Part shown: positions 28,659-36,129 of the stretch, piece after piece | Position numbering within the stretch: position 1 is the stretch's first letter | Layout of the letters: the number at the start of each line of letters is the position of its first letter | Virus record (IMG/VR): IMGVR_UViG_3300027902_000021 | Span: 1-36,129 of that record | Source of the DNA: a virus | Lineage: Duplodnaviria > Caudoviricetes | Reading direction: 5' to 3' (one strand) | Length of the DNA: 36,129 nucleotides | Notes under the pieces: generated by a model | The model's database searches: none | Told to the model about the DNA's origin: nothing | Seen by the model: only the letters and a program-made list of their open reading frames with translations | Program-made: the position numbers and the translations under genes

Positions 28659-29048
28659 TTATTCCTCCTTTGATTTCATTTTCCACTCATGCTGTAATCC
28701 GATATAAACTAAGTTCCAATCAACCTTACTTTTATTATGAGCTATGGTCCTGAGTACGTCATATTTACCTGGGAAGCTTTCATTGAACCAATTACTAAAT
28801 TCAATAGGATTCTGATGGGCTGCATGGCCTCCGGTAGAATGACAAGCAGCACAGAGGCATATCAAGTTAGAAGTAAGTGCCGCAGTATGCCCAAACGTAA
28901 CCGGAATGATATGGTGAGCATGGATGCGCCAGCCTTGAGCTTTAGTACGTCCGCATTTGAGACAAATACCTTCTAACCGGCATATCTTTTTAGCTAAATC
29001 AATCGCCTTTTTCTTAGTAGCTTTAGTACTTTCTGGGAGACATTTCAT
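28659..29048 (-). CDS. HNH nuclease, NinG/Rap-like
   Basis: CLKCG...HAHHII...NLICLCAACH...AHQNPIEF; TAATG coupling at 29048. Confidence 0.7.
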   Translation of the reverse strand: MKCLPESTKATKKKAIDLAKKICRLEGICLKCGRTKAQGWRIHAHHIIPVTFGHTAALTSNLICLCAACHSTGGHAAHQNPIEFSNWFNESFPGKYDVLRTIAHNKSKVDWNLVYIGLQHEWKMKSKEE

Positions 29049-29203
29049 TAATTTTTTATCCAATAATAAATAACGTAAAGCCACGAAAAAAATCCGTGAA
29101 TGATGCACCAGAAAATTGATTTATTAATGCTCCATGAAATACAAACAGCGATTGCAGTTCCAAAAGATATTCCAGACGATACTACTGAGCTTGTTTCACT
29201 CAT
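29048..29203 (-). CDS. Small membrane protein (51 aa)
   Basis: MSETSSVVSSGISFGTAIAVCISWSINKSIFWCIIHGFFSWLYVIYYWIKN; tightly packed on both sides. Confidence 0.7.
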   Translation of the reverse strand: MSETSSVVSSGISFGTAIAVCISWSINKSIFWCIIHGFFSWLYVIYYWIKN

Positions 29204-29347
29204 TCATTCCTCTTTCGGGATAAGTGGAGGAGTATATTCAAAAGTACCTATCTTCGGCTCCTTCCATCCCTTCTTCCGGTCCTTATGTACGTGGTATCCT
29301 TTAGGAAGTATCAGTGCGGCTAATTTCTTTCTTAGTGATGTGAGCAT
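29204..29347 (-). CDS. Small basic hypothetical protein (47 aa)
   Basis: MLTSLRKKLAALILPKGYHVHKDRKKG...; AGGGGG RBS. Confidence 0.55.
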   Translation of the reverse strand: MLTSLRKKLAALILPKGYHVHKDRKKGWKEPKIGTFEYTPPLIPKEE

Positions 29348-29350
29348 GGT

Positions 29351-30031
29351 TTATCCCCCTACAGGTTCAAATAATCTAAGCTGTTTCTTATGTTCTTCTA
29401 ACCGCTTGCAGGCGGCTGAGTAGTAATCCTTATCAATCTCGTATCCGATGAGTGAATATCCCATGTTGTAACAGGCGATGGCAATTGAACCGCTGCCGAG
29501 ATGCGTATCAAGGATCGTATCCCCCGGCTTCGCATAGTTCTTTAACAGCCATTCGTAGAGCTTCACGGGTTTTTGAGTGGGATGCTGTTTTATTTCTCCA
29601 TTACGATTATTGATATAATCAACTCCTATCCATCCATAACGAAAATATCTCACAGGAGTATTAATATTTGTCCATGCTAATTCGCCATCAGAAAAATATG
29701 AACCTTGAAATTTGTTATCTTTCTTATCCCAAAATAGCCACCCCTTAACAGGATACAAAAAATCTGTGAAATAATTACCGCCCCATATTATTAATGAATT
29801 TGAGACTCTTTGTAATTCGTTAAAATATTCTTGTGAAGGGCGTTTGTTATCCCAATCCTTTGATACGTGAAGTTCTCTATGAATAAATCCTTTTTTCAAA
29901 TTTTCTATATTAATAGTTTGAGCACAACCTATCCCATACGGCGGATCAACTATCGCAAGGTCAAATTGCTTGTCCTGCATCTCTTTCATGGCAGGTAAGC
30001 AATCTGCATTTATTAACTCAATTTCACTCAT
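29351..30031 (-). CDS. DNA N6-adenine/N4-cytosine methyltransferase (beta class)
   Basis: IVDPPYG (IV) precedes HPTQKP and ILDTHLGSGS (I); start chosen at MSEIELINADC. Confidence 0.92.
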   Translation of the reverse strand: MSEIELINADCLPAMKEMQDKQFDLAIVDPPYGIGCAQTINIENLKKGFIHRELHVSKDWDNKRPSQEYFNELQRVSNSLIIWGGNYFTDFLYPVKGWLFWDKKDNKFQGSYFSDGELAWTNINTPVRYFRYGWIGVDYINNRNGEIKQHPTQKPVKLYEWLLKNYAKPGDTILDTHLGSGSIAIACYNMGYSLIGYEIDKDYYSAACKRLEEHKKQLRLFEPVGG

Positions 30032-30170
30032 AATATTTACATTCACGGCAAGGTGAGTCTGAGAGATTCTTATATCCATGAAGACAAGTTCTACAGGGTT
30101 CTTTATATCTACGGTCAAGGTAGACGTAGGGATTTGTGTCATCTACATAATAATCCTTCAAGCCTTCCAT

Positions 30171-30380
30171 TTAATCCTCATCTAAATAATCAGGATCGTA
30201 TTCCTCATTAATTAGCTCACCATCACCGTTACATACCGGACAGATACGCTTTAATTCCATATGCCCATTATAAATACGGCCTGAACCGGCACATCTCCAA
30301 CAGATTATTGTTTTATCTTCTTCATTTGTTACTTTAAGTATCGGTAATTTACCTGTCTTATCAAGTTTATATTTAATCAT
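30171..30380 (-). CDS. DnaJ-type CXXCXGXG zinc-finger protein
   Basis: CWRCAGSG and CPVCNGDG; GGGAGG RBS before ATG 30380. Confidence 0.7.
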   Translation of the reverse strand: MIKYKLDKTGKLPILKVTNEEDKTIICWRCAGSGRIYNGHMELKRICPVCNGDGELINEEYDPDYLDED

Positions 30381-30403
30381 CCTGCCTCCCTTAGAACAAT
30401 GGC

Positions 30404-30511
30404 TCATCCCGTCATTATCTCCCAAATTCTATACACGTACAGCCCTACCATAAATAGAATGATGAATAAAATAATTAAGTACGCAAAGGCTTTAGTGAGA
30501 GGATCGGTCAT
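30404..30511 (-). CDS. 35-aa single-pass membrane peptide, copy B
   Basis: MTDPLTKAFAYLIILFIILFMVGLYVYRIWEIMTG; paralogue of 30626..30736. Confidence 0.6.
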   Translation of the reverse strand: MTDPLTKAFAYLIILFIILFMVGLYVYRIWEIMTG

Positions 30512-30612
30512 TTTAAGATATGTGCCATTACAGATAGAATGAAAATTGATGTACTAATACAAAACAAAATGATTCCCCATTTTATTAATTTAAGTGCTGT
30601 TCCCTCTTTCAT
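30508..30612 (-). CDS. 34-aa single-pass membrane peptide
   Basis: MKEGTALKLIKWGIILFCISTSIFILSVMAHILK; GGAGG RBS; ATGA coupling. Confidence 0.55.
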   Translation of the reverse strand: MKEGTALKLIKWGIILFCISTSIFILSVMAHILK

Positions 30613-30625
30613 CCCTCTTCCTCCA

Positions 30626-30736
30626 TTACTGCGTAAGTATCTCCCAAATCTTAATTACGTACAGCCCCACCATAACGAAAATTATGAATAAAATGATTAA
30701 GTACGCAAAGGCTTTAGTGAGAGGATCAACTTTCAT
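30626..30736 (-). CDS. 36-aa single-pass membrane peptide, copy A
   Basis: MKVDPLTKAFAYLIILFIIFVMVGLYVIKIWEILTQ. Confidence 0.6.
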   Translation of the reverse strand: MKVDPLTKAFAYLIILFIIFVMVGLYVIKIWEILTQ

Positions 30737-30989
30737 CATTATCTCTCATTGAACAACCAAGACCTATCCCAAGCACTTCTTGAAGCATCGGTTTTAAATT
30801 GTGGTTTTTCTCAATTAACACAAGCTCACAATAAGTTCTATTCAATTCAGGATGAATTTTAAGTGCAGGACATGGTGCTTGTGCGCCTGGAAATGCTATT
30901 TCCCCAACCTGACAGACTTCAAGCGCACAACACATTCCACAACCATTACAAACAGCCTCAAACTTAGGTTTCTGTGATACTTTCATCAT
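30726..30989 (-). CDS. CxxCxxCC (YkgJ-like) Cys-cluster protein
   Basis: CNGCGMCC...C...CPAL...C. Confidence 0.65.
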   Translation of the reverse strand: MMKVSQKPKFEAVCNGCGMCCALEVCQVGEIAFPGAQAPCPALKIHPELNRTYCELVLIEKNHNLKPMLQEVLGIGLGCSMRDNDES

Positions 30990-31113
30990 CTTCGCTTTCT
31001 ATCGGATAATCATACCCTTCAAATTTATTAATAAAATGTATGCCTAAGAATGTAAGGAATAAGACAAAGGCCTCACCGGCTCCGAATAAAAAAGTGTTCC
31101 AATCGAAGGTCAT
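30964..31113 (-). CDS. 49-aa membrane peptide with acidic tail
   Basis: MTFDWNTFLFGAGEAFVLFLTFLGIHFINK...ESEDDESITET; ATGA coupling. Confidence 0.5.
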   Translation of the reverse strand: MTFDWNTFLFGAGEAFVLFLTFLGIHFINKFEGYDYPIESEDDESITET

Positions 31114-31268
31114 CTCATATACCACTTAATTAAATGAGCTGCTAAAAATCCCGCAGCGAAGATTATAAATAAATACGTATAGGAAAGAGAACGGAATTTA
31201 GGCTTGATATGTCGAGTCGAGCATCCCCGGCAGTCCAAATTGTCGTAACAGAGTTTACACTGATTCAT
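31110..31268 (-). CDS. 52-aa Cys-containing membrane peptide
   Basis: MNQCKLC...C..C...YLFIIFAAGFLAAHLIKW. Confidence 0.5.
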   Translation of the reverse strand: MNQCKLCYDNLDCRGCSTRHIKPKFRSLSYTYLFIIFAAGFLAAHLIKWYMR

Positions 31269-31524
31269 ACGTAGCCTCGAAAATGTCAGGCTTGCAAACA
31301 TATAGTTCTCCCTTTACCCCTTGGATGATAAAATCATCAGAGTTACCAATCATTGTCCCTTCAAGAGTATTAATGGAAATTTGATTCGACTCGAATACAA
31401 TACCGCCATTTTCATAGGCTGATTGTAACCAGTCTGGGAGATTATACCAATCGTGCTTAGCAAGACTTAACGCCATTTTTACAGGGAACGCTTCAATCAC
31501 TACAGACTTCTTTCTATATTTCAT
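31255..31524 (-). CDS. Widespread conserved phage protein
   Basis: MKYRKK.VVIEA...I.TLEG.M...D.II.GVKGE.Y.CKPDIF..TYE family signature. Confidence 0.8.
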   Translation of the reverse strand: MKYRKKSVVIEAFPVKMALSLAKHDWYNLPDWLQSAYENGGIVFESNQISINTLEGTMIGNSDDFIIQGVKGELYVCKPDIFEATYESV

Positions 31525-31649
31525 TCCTTCTCCTCCTCCGGCAAATTTAATTCCCTACAGCATGACGGACATACGTATAAATCAGGATGCTCTACAGGAT
31601 GAGTAACCTTAATAGGCTTACGGCAAATTATGCAAAAGAATGTTGGCAC
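31521..31649 (-). CDS. Small zinc-ribbon protein (42 aa)
   Basis: GTG start; CIIC...CPSC; ATGA coupling to the next gene. Confidence 0.5.
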   Translation of the reverse strand: MPTFFCIICRKPIKVTHPVEHPDLYVCPSCCRELNLPEEEKE

Positions 31650-31651
31650 TG

Positions 31652-31855
31652 TCAATCCTTTAATTTCAAAAGTTCCTGTATTGCTAATTCGTGTGATCGA
31701 TTAACTTCTGATATTGTAAAACAGTTCTTTATGATCTCTGCATTGTCGTGCCTCAACTGTTCTATTTCATAAATAGCTCTTTCAATAGTCATTCGCGGAC
31801 GAGGATCAACAAAACCATTAAGCATTTTCAGTTCTGTTACTATGTCAATATCCAT
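31652..31855 (-). CDS. Hypothetical protein
   Basis: MDIDIVTELK...AIYEIEQLR; AAGGAG RBS. Confidence 0.6.
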   Translation of the reverse strand: MDIDIVTELKMLNGFVDPRPRMTIERAIYEIEQLRHDNAEIIKNCFTISEVNRSHELAIQELLKLKD

Positions 31856-31969
31856 ATTTCTCCTTTTAAGATAGGTCACGGCTCGGTTACTTTCTCAGGA
31901 TACCAGCGATGCTTTGCCGACCAACACCGATATTTTATATCTAATTTACCCTGACACGGCCCGATGGAA

Positions 31970-32119
31970 TTATGCAATTATTAACGCTACCAATGCGGCT
32001 ATGAAGATGAGACATGTTACGAAAAATCTCCCCGCGAAATCCTTCGCGCTCTCCTCCTGGGCTTGGTGCTCTGAAAAAACCTCGCCAAGTTCTTCCTCTG
32101 TGCTCATGCTGTGGATCAT
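31970..32119 (-). CDS. 49-aa C-tail-anchored membrane peptide
   Basis: Acidic N-terminus then FFVTCLIFIAALVALIIA-stop; AGGAGG RBS. Confidence 0.55.
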   Translation of the reverse strand: MIHSMSTEEELGEVFSEHQAQEESAKDFAGRFFVTCLIFIAALVALIIA

Positions 32120-32128
32120 GGGAGCCTC

Positions 32129-32509
32129 CTATAATGGTAATGGTTCTTGTTTTTCTATTACAATAAATTTTGTTTTATCTTTTACTTTTGATTCAGTGAA
32201 AGCAATTGTAGTTTCTCCATTTATGCTGCCAGGAGATTCGGAAGAGAGGTCTATGGAAAGAGATATTTTCAAGGTGCTATCCCCTGCCATGAGATAAGCT
32301 CGGCTTATTTTGGAAGCATAAGAAGTAATAAGCCGCTCGCAATCATTAAGAGCACGACTAAGAGCCTGTGACATAAGCTCGGAGGCTCCCTGTTGCGATA
32401 TTTGTTCCGTAATACATTTGAGACATAGACCGTTCTGCATTGCCCCTTTTTCGCCACAACCGCTACATCTTTTATCTAAATCTATTTCAATTTTTGTTGT
32501 GATCATCAC
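32129..32509 (-). CDS. Hypothetical protein with N-terminal zinc finger
   Basis: CSGC...CLKC; GAGGAGGAG RBS. Confidence 0.65.
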   Translation of the reverse strand: MMITTKIEIDLDKRCSGCGEKGAMQNGLCLKCITEQISQQGASELMSQALSRALNDCERLITSYASKISRAYLMAGDSTLKISLSIDLSSESPGSINGETTIAFTESKVKDKTKFIVIEKQEPLPL

Positions 32510-32540
32510 TCCTCCTCCTCTTGAATTTGCTTGGTCATGC

Positions 32541-32714
32541 CTATTGCTTATTATAGTATGACTCGATGATTTCCCAGGTGGCGAGTGTTCCCTTGCTTGT
32601 TCCCATTACGTTCCGGTAAAGGGTAGACTGCTTCAAGCCCATCTTGATGGCAAGGGAATTAAGGCTTTGCTTCTTGAGGTCTGCATTGATTTTCTTTAGG
32701 AGTTCTTTTTTCAT
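32541..32714 (-). CDS. Cro-like HTH regulator (57 aa, probably leaderless)
   Basis: SLNSLAIKMGLKQSTLYRNV HTH; first gene of the leftward operon; no SD, ATG 6 nt after the -10 element. Confidence 0.7.
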   Translation of the reverse strand: MKKELLKKINADLKKQSLNSLAIKMGLKQSTLYRNVMGTSKGTLATWEIIESYYNKQ

Positions 32715-32720
32715 GTGATA

Positions 32721-32749
32721 AAGATAATACAAGAAAGTATAAATTACAA
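32721..32749 (-). promoter_or_regulatory. Leftward sigma70-type promoter
   Basis: TTGTAA-N17-TATCTT. Confidence 0.55.
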
Positions 32750-32856
32750 GATATTTATTTTTAAAAGTTTTCAGGTAGTGGCATTTACCTTGCATTATCA
32801 CAAGAGAGCAATACAATTCCTATGCCAAATAGACTAAAAATAAATAAATAAATAAG

Positions 32857-32884
32857 TTGCAATATCTATACAGCTTAGTATAAT
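32857..32884 (+). promoter_or_regulatory. Rightward sigma70-type promoter
   Basis: TTGCAA-N16-TATAAT with an upstream AT-rich (AAAT)n UP-like tract. Confidence 0.65.
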
Positions 32885-32951
32885 AGAAAACATGAAGACC
32901 TGCAAAGTAGAATTATTAGACCGCCACCAACTCACAGCTTAGGAGGGGGAG

Positions 32952-33161
32952 ATGAAACTATATTTAGGACGCAGTAGGAATGGTTACTATGAATTGGCAA
33001 AGATTAATGATTTTAATATAGATGAAGGATTTCTTCTTGGATTTATTGCTCGTTTCTGCACAAGAACTTTTCAAAAAATAACCGGCATAAAATTCAAGAT
33101 CGGTGAAGTGCGTGAAGTTACCAGCATCAAAATAAAGTTGAGGAAACCCGAAGGGAACTAA
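32952..33161 (+). CDS. Early hypothetical protein
   Basis: 69 aa; AGGAGG RBS. Confidence 0.65.
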   Translation: MKLYLGRSRNGYYELAKINDFNIDEGFLLGFIARFCTRTFQKITGIKFKIGEVREVTSIKIKLRKPEGN

Positions 33162-33371
33162 ATGCCTACTACTGAGATTTATAAGAAATGTTCCTGCGGT
33201 CGTGAATACACTCAGGAAGAGTGGAATAAATTATTTTACGTAGGTATCATGCCCGGCTCCGCTAATGGTAAGAGGCTTACTGATGATTTAGAGATGAGGA
33301 ATTGTCCTATCTGTGAAAGTACGATTTCAATAGTTATAGAGGGAGGGGATGATGGGGAATCGCGAAATTAA
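33162..33371 (+). CDS. Small zinc-binding protein
   Basis: KKCSCGREY...[11 protein letters not shown]. Confidence 0.65.
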   Translation: MPTTEIYKKCSCGREYTQEEWNKLFYVGIMPGSANGKRLTDDLEMRNCPICESTISIVIEGGDDGESRN

Positions 33372-33954
33372 GCACCGTTTTACCGGAGCAATCATTGTTG
33401 AGGCTGGTAAGTATGCTGATATAAAAGAGGCGGTTGAGAAATCCCGCGCAGACCTGTCCGGCGCAGACCTGTCCGGCGCAGACCTGTCCGGCGCAGACCT
33501 GTCCGGCGCAAACCTGTTCCGCGCAAACCTGTCCGGCGCAGACCTGTCCGGCGCAGACCTGTCCCGCGCAAACCTGTCCCGCGCAAACCTGTCCGGCGCA
33601 AAGAATTTGAAACTGCACTTCTCTCATTGTCCCGAAGAAGGATCGTTTATCGCATGGAAGAAGTGCAGGAATAATCTGATTCTTAAACTTGTCATCCCGA
33701 ATGATGCAAAACGTACTTCATGCCTTATCAATCGTAAATGCCGTGCTGAATATGTAAAAACTATAGCGATGTTTAAAGATGGTAAAAAAGTTTCAGATAA
33801 TACTATTGCTATCGGGTTGCATACCGAAGAAATAAAGTATCAAATAGGGCATATTACCAAAGCTGATTCATTCGATCCTAATATTTTTCAAGACTGCTCA
33901 CATGGGATTCACTTCTTTATTACTCGTGCTGAGGCTGAGGAATTCAATATGTAA
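33349..33954 (+). CDS. Pentapeptide repeat protein with conserved C-terminal domain (DUF5758-like)
   Basis: 10 x A(D/N)LXX repeats; C-terminal [12 protein letters not shown]...RKCRAE...[14 protein letters not shown]. Confidence 0.85.
   Translation: MMGNREIKHRFTGAIIVEAGKYADIKEAVEKSRADLSGADLSGADLSGADLSGANLFRANLSGADLSGADLSRANLSRANLSGAKNLKLHFSHCPEEGSFIAWKKCRNNLILKLVIPNDAKRTSCLINRKCRAEYVKTIAMFKDGKKVSDNTIAIGLHTEEIKYQIGHITKADSFDPNIFQDCSHGIHFFITRAEAEEFNM
33448..33600 (+). repeat. 15-bp tandem repeat x10 (GCAGACCTGTCCGGC consensus)
   Basis: Direct reading; codes for the pentapeptide repeats. Confidence 0.95.
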
Positions 33955-34016
33955 CACCGGGTCGAAGGCCCGTGAACGCTCATTAAGAAAGGATAATCTC
34001 AGTCAACCGTTTATTC

Positions 34017-34048
34017 GCCGGGTGTTCGGGAAAGCACCCGGCACTTTT
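34017..34048 (+). terminator. Terminator-like hairpin
   Basis: GCCGGGTG...CACCCGGC stem followed by ACTTTT. Confidence 0.5.
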
Positions 34049-34061
34049 AAGGAGAATTAAG

Positions 34062-34262
34062 ATGATGTATATAGGTGATAAAACTCAATTCATTAATACC
34101 GGCTTAGATGAGCCGGATATGCAATTATATATTTGTCCATTCTGCGGTGCTGAGAAAGAAGTTGCTGAAAAATACGATTTATTTCAAAAAATGTTTTTCC
34201 CGTTGTGGTGGAAGGATACTATCTGTGAGTGTGGTGAGCAGATGGAGAGGAAAATCAAATGA
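34062..34262 (+). CDS. Small zinc-ribbon protein
   Basis: CPFCG...CECG; AAGGAG RBS. Confidence 0.6.
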   Translation: MMYIGDKTQFINTGLDEPDMQLYICPFCGAEKEVAEKYDLFQKMFFPLWWKDTICECGEQMERKIK

Positions 34263-35170
34263 GTGACGAGAAATGGCTAAACGAGCGTAAAAAGGGCATA
34301 GGAGGAAGTGACGCTGCCGCGATCTGTGGAGTGTCTCCATATCGAACCCCGCTGCAGGTGTGGCAAGATAAACGCGGTCTGTCTGGTCCTCTGCCTGACA
34401 ATGAGGCTATGCTTTGGGGCCGTATCCTTGAACCTGCCATTCGTCAGCGGTATTCTGATATAACGGGCCGATCCGTCAGGATGTTCCCGAAAGATCAAAT
34501 ACTGCATCATCCTCAATATCCCTTCATGCTTGCAAACCTTGACGGCTTTACTGATGACCAGCGCGTGGTTGAGATCAAGACCGCAAAATTTCCTACCGGA
34601 TGGGGAGAGCCGGGGACGGATGAAATACCGCTCGTCTATATGTTTCAGGTACAGCACTACCTAACCGTGACCGCCTTCTCTGTTGCCGACTTAGCTGTTC
34701 TGATAGGAGGAAATGACTTTCGACTGTACGAAGTTCCCGCAGATAGAGAGCTTCAGGAAATGCTTATTGAAAAAGAAGTGGCCTTCTGGAAGCTCGTACA
34801 GGAGAATACCCCCCCGGCCCCGATTAACTATGAAGATGTTATCAGGCGGTTCAGAGTATCTCAGGCAAAGACTATCACGGCTACGGAGGGGATTGTTGCT
34901 GCTGTAGAAAGCGCATTGCAGGTAAAGAATCAAATAGCCTCGCTTAAAGAACAAGAGGAAATGTTCAAAGGTATGATAATGGAAGATATGAAAGAGGCTG
35001 ACACGCTCATTGATGTTGACGGCTCTGTTCTCGTAACGTGGAAAACGGGGAAACCTGTGAATCGAGTTGACCTGAAAGCCTTACAAAAAGAACAGCCGGA
35101 AATCTATTCTAAATACCTGAAGCCCGGAGAGGGCAATAGACGCTTTTTAATCAAAGGAGAAAAATCATGA
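34259..35170 (+). CDS. YqaJ-like viral recombinase exonuclease (lambda exonuclease family)
   Basis: WL.ERKKGIGGSDAAAICG, WGRILEP, ANLDG, VVEIKT, Y..QVQHYL motifs. Confidence 0.92.
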   Translation: MSDEKWLNERKKGIGGSDAAAICGVSPYRTPLQVWQDKRGLSGPLPDNEAMLWGRILEPAIRQRYSDITGRSVRMFPKDQILHHPQYPFMLANLDGFTDDQRVVEIKTAKFPTGWGEPGTDEIPLVYMFQVQHYLTVTAFSVADLAVLIGGNDFRLYEVPADRELQEMLIEKEVAFWKLVQENTPPAPINYEDVIRRFRVSQAKTITATEGIVAAVESALQVKNQIASLKEQEEMFKGMIMEDMKEADTLIDVDGSVLVTWKTGKPVNRVDLKALQKEQPEIYSKYLKPGEGNRRFLIKGEKS

Positions 35171-36036
35171 AACAAGAACTGATGGAAAGTGCAGCAGTAG
35201 CAACCGTACCGAACCCCGCATCGGCAATGATAGAACAGGAAAGTCAAAGAGCAATTGCAGAGGTCCAGGCGGCTATCATCCTTGCGAAGCGATTTCCCCG
35301 AGACATTATATCCGCTACTGACCGGATCATGAACGCCTGTCAACGCCCCGCCCTCGCAGAATCGGCAATTTACACCTACGCCAAAGGCGGCACGGAGATC
35401 ACCGGGCCGTCAATTCGACTTGCCGAGGCAATGGCGCAAGCATGGGGAAACGTGCAATTCGGCATCCGTGAGCTTGAACAGCGGAACGGGGAAAGTACCG
35501 TTGAAGCCTTCGCATGGGACGTCGAAACGAACACCCGACAAGTCAAAGTGTTTCAGGTCAAACACATGCGATTCACGAAGAAAGGCTCTTATGCCCTTGA
35601 AGACCCCCGCGAGATTTACGAGATGACGGCGAATCAGGGAGCGCGTCGGCTACGGTCCTGCATCCTCGGTATTATCCCCGGAGACATTGTTGAACAGGCC
35701 GTGGACGAATGTGAAAAGACCATGAAGGCAAAAGCAGACACCGGGCCGGATGCTATCAAGAAGCTCGTTACCGCATTTGAATCTATCGGTGTGAATAAGG
35801 AACAGATCGAGAAGCGTATTCAGCGACGCATTGACACAATCACGGCGGCAAATGTGATCGGGCTACGCAAGATATACAATTCACTCAAGGATGGAATGAG
35901 CACGAAGTCTGATTGGTTCGATGTGGAGGAAGATGAACAGGCTCCACAAACCGGAGTAGAGGCGGCAAAAGCGGCATTGAAGAAATCAGGCATGCCGTCT
36001 GCCGAAGACCTCTTTGGGAAAGATGAACCTAAATAA
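35167..36036 (+). CDS. Putative single-strand annealing protein partner of YqaJ
   Basis: 289 aa; coupled to the exonuclease (ATGA); EVQAAIILAKRFPRD...ITGPSIRLAE..A..WGN family signature; function inferred from position. Confidence 0.6.
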   Translation: MKQELMESAAVATVPNPASAMIEQESQRAIAEVQAAIILAKRFPRDIISATDRIMNACQRPALAESAIYTYAKGGTEITGPSIRLAEAMAQAWGNVQFGIRELEQRNGESTVEAFAWDVETNTRQVKVFQVKHMRFTKKGSYALEDPREIYEMTANQGARRLRSCILGIIPGDIVEQAVDECEKTMKAKADTGPDAIKKLVTAFESIGVNKEQIEKRIQRRIDTITAANVIGLRKIYNSLKDGMSTKSDWFDVEEDEQAPQTGVEAAKAALKKSGMPSAEDLFGKDEPK

Positions 36037-36041
36037 CAAGG

Positions 36042-36127
36042 CTTGCCGCTGTGGAGTAGTATCCTGCAATGAGTACATGGGACGCGGTTCGAGTCCGCAC
36101 CTTGCGCCTACTAAGGCCAGCGGCAAG
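36042..36127 (+). ncRNA. Putative structured RNA with tRNA-like T-arm
   Basis: Closing stem CTTGCCGCT/AGCGGCAAG, second stem AGTAG/CTACT, internal GCGG-TTCGAGT-CCGC hairpin. Confidence 0.4.
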
Positions 36128-36129
36128 GT

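Noticed and set aside
30417-30727. Imperfect direct repeat as a diversity-generating retroelement TR/VR pair
   Set aside because: Mismatches are not confined to adenines of one copy and no reverse transcriptase is present in the window
33334-33627. Minus-strand (QVCAG)n and (RRTGL)n repeat ORFs, or a CRISPR-like array
   Set aside because: They are antisense to the pentapeptide gene; the repeats are contiguous with no spacers and there are no cas genes
36037-36110. Canonical tRNA-Cys(GCA)
   Set aside because: No 7-bp acceptor stem, proper D-arm or CCA end can be formed; kept only as a tRNA-like ncRNA candidate

Overview
This window is a 36 kb partial genome of a tailed dsDNA bacteriophage with podovirus-like architecture, open at both ends. 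From about 32.7 kb leftward almost everything is on the minus strand. The order is: a Cro-like HTH gene, many small accessory genes (several are 34-52 aa membrane peptides), a DNA-modification cluster (N6A/N4C methyltransferase, radical SAM protein, split C5 methyltransferase), a lambda O/P-like replication pair, a ~590 bp non-coding control region, large terminase, portal, a beta-helix protein, scaffold, major capsid, adaptor, nozzle and three probable ejection proteins. The last ejection protein runs off the left edge and is missing from the ORF track. Right of a divergent promoter pair the plus strand carries early genes: a pentapeptide repeat protein, a YqaJ-type exonuclease and a probable single-strand annealing protein. 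No integrase, CI repressor, lysis genes, recognisable small terminase, reverse transcriptase or CRISPR array is visible. The most notable locus is 25109-26402, where all three minus-strand frames are used: a C5-methyltransferase is split over two overlapping frames, and a complete zinc-finger/HNH nuclease gene with its own RBS is nested out of frame inside the second subunit. Also notable are a DUF6948-like gene coupled to a strict (Gly-X)n Tyr/Ser/Asp repeat peptide, domains shared between head and tail proteins, a 14-aa basic micro-ORF in a structured leader, and a tRNA-like structured RNA at the right edge. All calls come from manual motif reading; no database searches were run.
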